From contig CP075495.1 in assembly GCA_021613535.1 (NCBI GenBank), positions 14,384,001-14,448,000 of the forward strand: 64,000 nt of DNA, written 5' to 3'. Every line of letters begins with the position of its first letter. The stretch's first letter is position 1. The stretch comes from Adineta vaga. Lineage: Eukaryota; Animalia; Rotifera. Positions 1 through 11,810 of this stretch are shown here, in pieces. The position numbers were made by a program, and so were the translations under genes. The notes beneath the pieces are model-generated. The model was not told the DNA's origin. It saw only the letters and a list, made by a program, of their open reading frames with translations, and ran no database searches.

Positions 1-3000
1 GGAAGTGATTTCTATGTTCCACCAAATACAATTGATTTTAAAACAGTTTTTACAAAATTTAAAAAATTACATGAAAATGCAGCAGTCTTCAGTACAGTGA
101 TTGTTATTTTTGGCATATATGTTATCGCGGCCATTTGGGCAAGAAGAAAAGATGAACGCGATTTAGTCAAAGTAATGTATTTCATATACAACTACTATTT
201 TCCATTGAGAATTCATCGAATATCAATGTGTTTCATATCTTTTAGTGGACAGCCGCACCACTTATTGATAATCTTCCTATTGATACTTATCATTATTTAA
301 TTACAGTTCATACGGGTGTTGGTAAAGAATCTGGTACAACATCACATATAAATTTTGTCATCTCTGGTGAATTATCGGATAGTGGTGTACGAAAATTATC
401 AGATGGCAAAACTCAAGTAAGTCAATCTGGAGTAGAGATGAATTGATTGAGAGAAAATTGTCTTCTAGGAATTTTCAGCTGGTAGTGTTCGAAATTTTGT
501 AATGAGTGTAGAAGCACCGCTAGGTCCATTACTTTATCTTCGCGTTTGGCATGATAATTCTGGTGGAAAAGGCAAATCTTCTTGGTTTTTAAATATGATT
601 AATGTTATGAATTTACAAACAGGTGAAAAGTAAGAATTCTCAATTGTCTATTCGAATACACTTTCTATTTATTAAAAGGAATTATTTCATTTGTGATAAT
701 TGGCTTGCTGTTGAAAAAGGTGATGGTCTCGTTGATCGTGTCGTACCATTAGCTTCATCAAAAGAATTGAAAAGTTTTGCACATTTATTTACTCAATCGG
801 TAAAGAAGAAATTCAGCGATGGACATTTATGGTATTCCGTATTTTCACGTCCTGTTCGAAGTAATTTCACTCGATTACAACGTATATCTTGTTGTATATC
901 ATTACTTTTCTGTACAATGATATCGAATGCCATGTTTTATCGACAAGATACTCAAGGTCGACCAAATAAAGCTGGAGTTTTAATGAAAATTGGTCCAATT
1001 GAATTTACTTTAACACAATTATGGATAAGTTTCATTAGTACATTAGTTGTATTACCAGTCAATCTTCTAATTGTAACATTATTTCGTAAAGCAAAATATA
1101 GTCAAAAAACATTAATAACATATCATTTACAAGAAAGAAAACGTCGCAATAAAGCCAGTGAAAATAATGAACAATATCGAAAAACAATGAAGTTTGTGAT
1201 CATATCGAATTTGTAAGAAAGAAAATTTTGAATTTTGTTTTTTATTTTAGTTTCTTTTTTCGACGAAAACAACGTCAATTGAAACATTCCGAAGGATATG
1301 ATGAAACAGATATTGAACGTATTGGTGCAATACCATCAATTGAAGATAAAACTAGAACATTTCCACATTGGACTATTTATATTGCTTGGACATGTAAGTT
1401 TCTATATAAATTTCAATCATTATCTTTTCATATTTTTTCGTTCATTAGTGGTTATGTTAAGTATATTGACATGTTCATTTTTTATTATACTTTATTCATT
1501 GGAATGGGGAGCTAAACGTGCAAATGAATGGTTAATAACAATGATGCTTTCATTTGGTCAATCAATTCTTGTTATTGATCCTTTGAAAGTATTCTTTATT
1601 ACAGCAATTATAAGTTTTCTTATTCGTCGACCATATGATGATGAAACATTAGATTTTAATGATCCATTTACTGGAGCTTTAATTTCGAATCATAACATTG
1701 CGAATATTGATGGAAAAGACATCTATAATGATGCCAATGTTAAAGGTAATATTCAAATAAAAGAGAAAGAGAGAGACGAAGGATCGGTATGTTTATCTTT
1801 AGAAATCGCACGTCAACGTCGTGTACGTTTATTTAATTTGCGTCCAATTGATTCAACTGAAATGGCTCGTGCACGTGATCAACGTTTACGTGAAATAAAA
1901 ATGGGTGAAGTTATTCGTGAAATAATTATTTATATATTTTTTACAATTGTTCTATTATTTCTCTGCTATCAAGCGCGAGATACAAATTCCTATGGTTTAT
2001 ATCGTGATACAAAAAATCTTTTTATTAATGATGATTTTCAAGATATAGGATCGCTTAATAACTGGTGGGATTATTGTGATAATGTTTTATTGAAAGGACT
2101 CTATGCACAAAAATGGTATAATGAAAAGAATCTAACTTGGAGAGAAAAATTAACAACAGGAAGTCGAGTATCGATGCGAGTAGGTGCACCACGAATTCGA
2201 CAATTACGTGTTAAAGAAAATAGTTGTCGTGTACATCGACGTGTTAAACATATGATAAAACATTGTCGTGATGATTACAATTGGTTTGATGATGATACAA
2301 AAGATTATACACCTAAATGGGAAAATATTTTAAATAAAACAGCACAAAATACATTCGATATAACAAATAATGGTTCAAAACGATGTAAAACACCATGGTG
2401 TTATCAAGTAAGTTGAAAATGCAATAGAAAATTACGAATCATTTTCTTTCGATTTTTAGAGTAGTGTTCGTACAAAAAGTGGTCCATTTACAGCACTCTA
2501 TAAAACATATAAAGGTGGTGGTTATGTTGTTTCATTAGGTCGTACACATGAAAAAGCTGCTGCCGTTTTACATGAACTTCGTTCACAAAATTGGCTTGAT
2601 CAATTAACACGTGCAATCTTTATTGATTTTTCATTATACAATGCAAATGTAAATCTATTTGTTTCTGTAACACTTTCATTTGAAATGACATCAATGGGTT
2701 CAGTTATACAAGATTATCAAATAAAAATCTTTCGTTTATATGATCATATTGGTGGTTATGGTATGTTAGTGTATTCATTCGAATTATTATTTATTATTTT
2801 TACGATTTATTCAACCATTCATGAAATTTCCTTATTAATTAAACAGAAACGAGATTATTTTCATAAATTTTGGAATATTATTTCATTTCTAACCGTTATA
2901 TTTAGTATAACAACAATTTTTATGTATGGAACAAAGAAAACATTAACACGATTAGCAATTCGTTCATTGAAAAAAACTGAAATGGGTACGTGGAAAAAAA

Positions 3001-3771
3001 GAAAAAAATACATTTACAATTGATTTCATGAATATGATTTTTCTAGGTGAATTTATTAATTTCAATGCCATTGCTAGTTTTGATGAAGTCTATTCATATA
3101 TTGTCGCTTTAATAACATTCTTTACAATGTTGAAATTTTTGAAATTACTTCGATTTAATAAACGTATTGAAATGTTATCGAAATCACTTCGTTATGCTCG
3201 AAATGATTTAAGTTCATTTGCATTTGTTTTTCTTATCTTTATGGTAGCATATGCACAAATGGGTTTTGCTATATTTGGTCGTTCACTTTATGATTATAAA
3301 TCATTTGCAACAGCATTAACAACTTGTTTTCGAATGCTTTTGGGTGAAATTAATGCACCGGATATGTTTGCAGTAAGTCGAGCTTATGGTAAGTTGATCA
3401 TCGAGAGAAAATTGTTCAAATAAACTTTCTTTTGGTTTTTTCAAGGTGCATTTTACTTTCTTTCATTTGTCATACTTGTATTTATTGCTTTATTAAGTAT
3501 CTTTTTGACAATGTAAGTATTAAATTAATTGAGAACTAATGATGAAGTATGTATGTCTGTTTTATTAAGTTTGAACGATTCATTTGCACATGTAAAACGA
3601 GAATTAGCAGCAACACAACATAGAAATGAAATCATGGATTTCATGTGGTCAACATTTCAAAAAGTTGCAGGAATTAATAAACGACAAGCATCAGAAGATG
3701 AAGATGATACGACGAAAATGAATGAAGATCAACGAGTTCCATTGGCAAAATTTGATCGTGAAGAACTTTAA
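1..3771 (+). CDS. Polycystin-1-like (PKD1L2/LOV-1-type) membrane protein, 5'-partial, multi-exon
   Basis: Opens just after a GPS site (GSDFYVPPNTIDF). TM1 is followed by a PLAT domain (YLITVHTGVGKESGTTSHI...LRVWHDNSG...WFL...FICDNWLAVEKGDG), then HLWYSVFSRP..SNFTRLQR and a PKD-channel region (GAPRIRQLRV, WLDQLTRAIFIDFSLYNANVNLF, LKFLKLLRFN). Stop TAA 3769-3771. Confidence 0.92.
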
Positions 3772-3959
3772 ATATAAATTAACTTTAAAAAAATAATATA
3801 CATATATTTTATTTTATCTTATATCTTATTTATGATTTGTATCTTATAAAAACTATCTTATGCTTATTCTTTATTCAGCAGAAATGACTGAAGGTTTCAA
3901 TAAAATTGACTTTCATGGGGAATTTAAGATTACAATTGAATGTTCAATCATTATGTAGG

Positions 3960-4578
3960 TTATTTCAAATATATGATTTGAATATGAGGTAATGTTCGTG
4001 TATTTCGACGGATACGTTGTTGCATAAGTATATACATATAATATAAACATATAATGCTGAGAATTAAGGATATTACGCCACAAATGAGGTGAATAATAGC
4101 AGACGAAGTGTTTGGTTTAGTAAATTGAATTAACCATGGACTTCTTTTATCATACCAACATGTTTGTACTGAATCTACCTTAAATATCAAAAATTTCAAA
4201 TTCATAACATAGGAAATAGTCAATCTATAATTGTAGTTTATTTACCGGATGTTTATGTGCTTCTTTGAGAGCGTTCGAAGAAGAGATATGATGTGTTGTT
4301 CCATATACTTTAGAAAATCGATTACCTCGCTGAAGATGATGTATAGACCATGCAGCAACATAGCAATTGTGTTGATAAATGTATAATATGCATACAGAGG
4401 TTTTTGTAAATATTTTATCAACAACACATTGTGTTTGGGCAACGTTTAAGATTTTTGATTTTCCTTCCACATAGAAGATACTACCAATAGTGAGGAGAAT
4501 AGCTGCTGTAGTAAGAAATATTAGACCAAATATCTGTATAAGTGGTAATTTGATGGGATCCAATTTACAGAAATTCAT
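3960..4578 (-). CDS. Two-TM protein with Cys-rich extracellular loop, resembling BK-channel beta subunit/DUF3592-type proteins
   Basis: ORFs 4225-4578 and 3960-4223 join in phase 0 through GT-AG intron 4179-4245. The product is TM - loop (TQC..C..NCY..W..TCWYD) - TM - basic tail. Confidence 0.65.
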
Positions 4579-5385
4579 TGATGATGTTAATTGATAGTGT
4601 AGTTCTCTCTTTAAAATGATGTATGATCTTTCTATTTATTTTCTTTGTGTATGCCTTAAAGCACGTATGTAGTCTAATCATACTAAGTATTGTCATGTTC
4701 GAAAGATCATCAAAGATTTCATATGATTTGGATCACATGTTTTCCTAGAATACGATAGTTATTTCGACTATGAAAAATGAAAGAATAAGTAAACGATTGT
4801 ACATTTTTAATCAATAAATTTCAAAATAACGCCTTTTGAGAAAGAAAAATTGATTTCCTTATTATATCTTTCTAGACTATTATCAGTTTGATTTGTGACT
4901 CTTCAGTCAATATTGACTTCCTTGAACATGCTTTCTGACATAGCTTAGAAGTCAGTTACAACATTCAAACGTCTGGCGTTGGTACGACATGTTTTGAGAA
5001 ACAAATTTGTTTTCGTGACATAGTGTATGACGACGTATGCTATATTTGATACATGTTATATTTTCACGTAGCAAGTAATTAGAAATAAAATACCTGCTTT
5101 TTAAATGTATCATCCGTCTACAGTATATATTAATACTATTTGAAATTCATGTAGTTTACAAGAACCATAAAAACTTGTATTTCTCAAATTAACATTTAAT
5201 TTCATCGAGTTCAATGGAACAAAAATTAAATTTGAAAAGAAAACTTTCTCTCGTAATAAAAAAGAATGAAATTGATACCGATGTGCGTCGTTAAGATGTA
5301 ACGATCAGCAATTATGTTGTTGTTATATATTCGATTCTTATCATAGACACTATAGATAACAGCGTCAGTCATTAAGTACAACTAT

Positions 5386-5455
5386 ATGGTTCGTTTTCGT
5401 TCTATTCATATCATTCTTCGTTTATCTCTGTAAGAAAGTGAAGAAAAAGAAATGA
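5386..5455 (+). promoter_or_regulatory. Upstream ORF in the ODC leader (MVRFRSIHIILRLSL* unspliced, or MKVKKKK* if 5389-5434 is spliced)
   Basis: ATG 5386, TAA 5431-5433. Candidate intron GTTCGT...TAAG at 5389-5434; the spliced form stops at TGA 5453-5455, overlapping the ODC ATG at 5452. Transcription start unknown. Confidence 0.45.
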
Positions 5456-7135
5456 CTGATCATCGACGACATCGAAAAGAAACAACGAAACCTGAAACAA
5501 GTAACAGTGATTCTCGTAAAGCTGACGATAATGAAAAGGACGAATATGATGATGAGGAAAAACAACCAGTACGAACGAATCTAGTTCATCAATTAAGCAT
5601 TCAAGATATTGATGAAGTTGTTCATGATCAAGGTCATGATCTTGATGAACAAGCAACAAAAGTTCGCAAACGACGACAACGTTTTCATGTTCATCATCTA
5701 AAAGATTTCTTCGAAACAAAATTAGGTGCTAAATTTGTGGATTATGGAAGAACTACAGCATCTATTGTTAAGTAAGAATTTGATGAGTCATATATGTGAA
5801 ATATTTATTTCGAATTTAGAGAATGTTGTGAAGAACTTTCATCAGATAATGATGAACCATTTTATATTGTTAATTTATCTCATTATGCTCGTCAATATCA
5901 ACAATGGATGCATTTTCTTGGTCGTATACATCCATTTTATGCTGTTAAAAGCAATCCTAGTAGTTTTATTATAGAAATTATCGCTGAATTAGGTGGTGGT
6001 TTTGATTGTGCTTCAGCAGAAGAACTTGATTTAGTACGAAAAACATGTGGTAATGATTTTGATTGTGCAAAACGTATTATTTATGCTCATCCATGTAAAA
6101 CTATTTCTCATATCCGAAAATTTCGTGACGCTGGTGTTGAAATGACAGTGGTCGATAATGAAGATGAACTTCGTAAATTAAAAGAACATTGGCCTGAAGC
6201 TCGAGTAAGTGACAAAAAAGAAAATGATCGAAATTTATGATTGTTTTTACTAATAAAAATAGGTACTTCTTCGTTTAAAAACTGATGATCGACATTCGAT
6301 GAGTCCTTTTTCAACAAAATTCGGTGCTAATGAACGTGAATGTATTGTTTTACTTCGATTAGCTCGAGAATTGAATATCAATCTTGTTGGATGTTCATTT
6401 CATGTTGGTAGTCGATGTCTTGATCCAAATCTTTATGTACAATCATTAAAACAAGCACGGCGAATTTTTGATATTGCTCAACAAGATGAATTTAAATTTC
6501 ATTTCCAAATCTTAGATATTGGTGGAGGTTTCTCAGGTCATAATTGGGATAAACCAAGTTTTCCCGAAGTTGCCAAAGTAATTAATCAATCATTAGATAA
6601 ACTATTTCCACAAACTGAAGGTCAATATTTCCTTATTTTAAATGACATCTGATTTCATATTCATTTTCTTCTAGGTATTATGGTTATGTCCGAACCTGGT
6701 CGTTATTTTTCGTCTGGTGGGATGATATTAGTTACACGAATTATTGCACGACGTCTTCATAATCTTGATTATAAACTCAATGAACAAGATGAGAATGATC
6801 AATCAGAAAAAGCATTGATTGAAAATGCTGATAATATTTATTATATTAATGATGGTATTTATGGAACATTTAATGCAATTATTTTCGATCATAAGATATT
6901 TATTGTACATTATTTGAACATAAATGATGAGAAGAATACAAATGAACAATTTAAATCAGTTATTTTTGGTCCAACTTGTGATTCACTTGATTGTATTGCA
7001 CATTCGATTGATTTACCATTATTAAATATTGGAGATGTTCTCTGGTTTCCAGATGTTGGTTCATATACAAATGCATGTGCATCGAATTTCAATGGATTTC
7101 AAACGAAAAAATTTGTTTTTATCTGGAAAAATTAA
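5452..7135 (+). CDS. ODC1: Ornithine decarboxylase (4 exons)
   Basis: PFYAVKSN (PLP lysine), GFDCAS, IIYAHPCK, KFGA, SFHVGS, LDIGGGF, SEPGRYF, YYINDGIYGTFN, FGPTCDSLD (catalytic Cys) and GSYT..ASNFNGF are all present. Confidence 0.96.
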
Positions 7136-7377
7136 ATTTTCAATAACTCTTATCTAATTAGAAGTTATATATATATATATTGATTGTTGTCTTATTCATT
7201 TTGATTTCCTCTAAGTACATAAAAAAGAAATGTACTCAACCAATGTTTTCAATGAAAAGAATAGTTGCATTCATTCTATCAAGATTTCCTTGGAGATCTG
7301 ATTGTTCTTTTGCTCTTGTTTTAATAAACAGATGGAATAATGTAACCTGAAAATGTTTTTCAATCAAAAGATATTAT

Positions 7378-8692
7378 TTAATTCGTATAATAAAGTGACA
7401 GTGCACAGGTCATCGTAATGAATGAAATGAAAAAATACATATTAAAACTAATATGATAAATAAAAAACGAAAGTAAAGTCGTTACAATTAAAGAAAATGA
7501 AATAACAAATAATCGAATAATATTTGACGAATGCTTCATCACTACTGACATAAATAGACCATTGAATGCTTGTGTAAAAACAATTAACCATGTATAAAAT
7601 GAAAAACCATGAAATAGATTCAAATAAAATATATTATTTGTTGATGAAGTTCGTATTATTGAATGAATAGCAGGTAAAAGATTAAAAAATGTACCATAAG
7701 TATAAAGAAAAACATTTTGTAAATGTAATGATTCATTATAATTTCGTTTTAAAATCCATTCATTATAAACACCAGCAAAGCCACTCAATATACAATAAAT
7801 ACTTATCATTGGAATACCTAATGGACGTATATACATTTCTCGTCGATTGAAATTTGAATCTGTTTTAGTTATCGAAATAAATGAAGAAGTTTTCGATGTA
7901 CCAATACTATATATAAATCCACCAAATAGAAGTAATGTTAATGCAAACCATTGTCGTTTCGTTAAGATTTGTTTCATCACTAAACGATAGAGAATAGCAG
8001 TTGTGAAAATTTTAAAATTTGATAAAATTTGATAAGATGCAGGATCCATGTGTAGTTGCATATGTACAGCAAGATTATTATTAATAAAATAGAGAATAGC
8101 TGGGATGGAATATGGTATTGATTTCTTAAAGAATGAAATGAATGATAGATGATCGAATGTTGATTGTTTATGAAGAAGAATAGCATTGAGAGAAACGATT
8201 AATTTAATAAATTCAATCATTAAATTCATTGTGGAAGATGAAAATGTAATTTGTCCATCTTTTTCACAAAGATGAACTAGAATTGAATAGGAACCATAAG
8301 CTAGAACTTGAAAACATATCATGCCACGAAAAATTAATGAATGTGAAATATGTTTGGTTGTTTGAAGAAAATTTGAAGAATTATTTGTTAATGATAAAAG
8401 CGATATGGTTGAAGATTTAGTTTCATCATTATGCGATATAGTAGAATCCAACATAGCTAAACTAAGGTTAGCACTAGTTATAATCGACAATGTGTGTGTG
8501 TGTGGTTAGAAGAGAAGAAAAGAAAAAAGATGCTTGTCGGCTGCAATGTGTTGATAGGACAGAACAAAAACGACATATTCAGATACAAGATTAGTCGGAG
8601 AAAAAATAGCGGAGAGAGAAAAAAATGTTCTTTTTCTTTTTCTCTTCCTTCAATACGGAAACTTACACGAGAAAGATATAAAGCTTTGCCAT
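7378..8692 (-). CDS. SLC35A4: Nucleotide-sugar transporter, SLC35A4-like
   Basis: Motifs YGSYSILVHLC, PAILYFINNNL..HMDPASYQILSNFKI, SGFAGVYNEWILK, QAFNGLFMSVVMKH. A 26-nt first exon (8692-8667, MAKLYIFLV) splices in frame through intron 8462-8666 (GTAAGT...CCTTAG). Alternative start ATG at 8454. Confidence 0.85.
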
Positions 8693-9212
8693 ACTACTGT
8701 TATGAGTATTGAACGTTACTTCTATGATGATCACAAGACTCAAGTTTCATCTGAAGAAATATATGTCATTTTTAGTTCGATTTAATTATACAACGAATAA
8801 TATATTTAACTCATTCATGCATGACTTCGGTGAAAGAATAAGAAAAAATATACACGTGAAAACGAATAAATTTCGTTTTTTATATTGATAAGTGATCAAG
8901 CTGTTAGTATTATTTCTTTCCATGACCTATGATTTGACTATACTACAACAAAAGTATTCTTATCGTGATAACTGCTCTAGGATAAATAACAACAGGTTAT
9001 CAAAGACAAATACATTTATGACACATGGATATGTTTTATATAAGATTTTGTCATCAAGTTGAAATAGTATTATTGACTTAGGCATATATTTCAAATTCAA
9101 TTGGTTAGTGATTTACGATTGTTCTATAAGTATATCGACAAGTTTTGCACTGTAGATTAATACGAATAATTTTGTTTCTAACAGTTAGTATGATAAATTA
9201 TGATCATTGATT

Positions 9213-9273
9213 TGAGGGTGTGGGTGTGGGTCAGGGTGATGGAAAGATACGCTCACCTACCTCCACACCTTCA
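9213..9273 (+). repeat. Telomere-like G-rich tract forming an imperfect inverted repeat/hairpin
   Basis: TGAGGG TGTGGG TGTGGG TCAGGG at 9213-9236. Arm 9213-9233 pairs with 9253-9273 (16 Watson-Crick pairs, 3 G-U, 2 mismatches on the + strand). Confidence 0.7.
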
Positions 9274-9615
9274 CGATAGAATCTCTACATTTTTTACTCT
9301 AAAACATAATAGAAGATCCAGAATCTTTTAATGCGACCGAGTGGCTACTTTAAAATAATGAAATCTTTTCTATTTCATTTTCTAAATTTTCTTTTGAAAC
9401 ACAACTATGTAATACAAATATAAATCGTAGTATACATTCAAGATTGTCAAACAGAATCTCTCCCAATACAATGGTAACAAAATAAATACATGTTCGATAG
9501 AATCATCAACTAAACTAAAGTAGTATATCGATTTCATTTTCATTGTCACATATTTGTGCAGAAAATTTCGAAATAAAATAAAAGAAAAGCAAACGAATCA
9601 ATTTCATTATTATCT

Positions 9616-11810
9616 TTATGAAGAATCAACAGTATGTGTTCGTGTTACTCTGACATTTGGTGGATTAAATCGTTCTCTCATCAGATCTCTTTCAGTTATT
9701 TTAGCCACGCTCATTGCATGTTGAATTTGTTTTTCTAAATTTCGTGCAACTTTGCTTTTTGGATGTTGTTCAAGTTGTAATGGACGTCGATCGATACGAT
9801 TATGCATTGCATTTAATTCTCTTGCATAATCATCTTCGGTTTCATGTATCGATTGTCGAACTTTTCGAGTCTAAAATTGAAATCAATCAAACAAAAGAAT
9901 TTCGAACAATTTCTATTACATACACTTTCTTCTTTTTTTGCTTTATATATTGCTGATTTATCATTTAATTTTGCTCGTTCATGGATTCCTTCTTTTAATC
10001 GTTTTTCTCGAGCGGATCTTGTTCGTTGAAATTTTTCTTCAAATTTATTTCGAACTTCATGTTCTTGTCGTTTTTTCTTTCCCATCGTTTCTCGCAATTG
10101 TTGTATGTCAGTTTTTCTTATTGGTATCGCTTCTGGTTGTTGAAGACTAGCTGATAAATTCATGCCTGATGACGATCGAGTCGGCAATTGTTTTCCTTTG
10201 ATTTGAAATGATTGTAGATAACGCATTTCTTCATCAGTACGCATATCATTCAATACACGATCTTGCCGCGATGGAATCATACTTGTATGTAATAAAAATG
10301 GTTGACATTGTGTTGGCGGTCGTAAACGTTTTGCTTCTTCAGTTTCACGTAGAAATCGTTCATGTAATTTATCATAGTTTGGAATATAATATCCGTTTGT
10401 TTTCGGTTTAAATGTACATTCTTCGAGACCAACACGAGCTAGATCGCTGGCACTCATAGAACGACGTGTATGTTTAGTATGATGTTCTCGTTCTTGCATG
10501 CGAGATGGAAGACGTGACTGACGAAGTAATTCTTTTGCTCGTACTTGTTTTTTAATTGAACGGTATAGAGAATTTTCTTTCATTCTCAAAAGGAAGAAAT
10601 ATATATAAATAATTATCTTCAATGAAAGAATAAATTTGAAATTCCTACTGTTCGATATCGTTGCTTGTTCGATAATAAAAATCAGGAACAGGTTTAGCTC
10701 TAAATTGTGGTTGACGTCGAGCAGAAACACTGTCTGAATAGGAATATCGTCGATCGAATGTTCTTGCTTTTTCACGTGATTCGAATCCAAATGGTTTTGA
10801 TATGGAATTTAGATATTCTTTTGTCATATGACGTACTTGTTCACGACGAACACGTTGTTCTTCTTGCAACTGTTCATATAGAGGCATACGAACATGAGCC
10901 GGAACAGGTGTAGCTGAAAACAAATAATAATTCATAAATTGAACTTTAAAAATCAAATTGAATAATAACCTTTAAAAGAACGATTGAGAACAAGTTCATC
11001 TTCGACTTCTTTTTGTAATTTCGCTGCTTCTATTTCATGCATACATTTTCTTCGATGAATATTATCCACAGACATGCTATTTGTTAAAGCAAATGGTTCA
11101 GGTTTTGTAACACGACCAGCCCAATTATCATTTAACGGTATACTTGGTCGACGACGAGTCCTTTTTAAAAAAGAAAAAAAGAGATTATAAATAACAGAAT
11201 ATCTTTATCCATCTTACTTTTTCTGTTCGATATAATTGTCCAATTCAAATTCATTCCATAAATTATGTATGTGATTTTGTACATGATTAGTTGTTGGTTC
11301 ATATTCACTTGTTATTGTATCATCTGCACATATTCGATGTGGACTATAATCTATGTTCCTATCATTATCATCACTATGTCGTCGAATTACATTCGCAGAT
11401 ATTGGACGATGATGAATATGATGATGAGTTTGTTCTTGTGTCATAAATACAGGCGATGGTGATCGTCGTGATGCAGTTGGTAATGGTGGTTTGGATGTAA
11501 CAATTGGTTCGTATTTTTGTTCGATTTCAGAAGAATAGAATGGAACATCAAATGGTTGCGTATTTTTTAAGTTATAATAATCATGTTCAACTTGAGCTAA
11601 TCGAGTACGTTGTTCACGACGAAGTTCTTCGAGTGAATCGAGAAATGATGAGGAATTTTCATTTGTAGTTCCACCATCAACTTTTACAAGTAATTTTTGT
11701 TTATATTCTTCAAAATCAAATGTATCATTATATGCTGAACGTATTAATGGATTGATTTTATCCAAATTAGTACGAGAATTATAATAATCAACTAATGAAG
11801 TAGTAGTCAT
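9616..11810 (-). CDS. FAM161: FAM161-family (UPF0564) ciliary/centriolar microtubule-binding protein
   Basis: Motifs VTKPEPFAL, FKATPVPAHVRMPLYEQL, FRAKPVP, IPNYDKLHERF, PTQCQPFLLHT. First ATG 11810, several short introns, stop at 9616. Confidence 0.85.

Noticed and set aside
5452-7135. Antizyme inhibitor rather than ODC
   Set aside because: The PLP Lys, HVGS, GGGF and GPTCD Cys are all intact.
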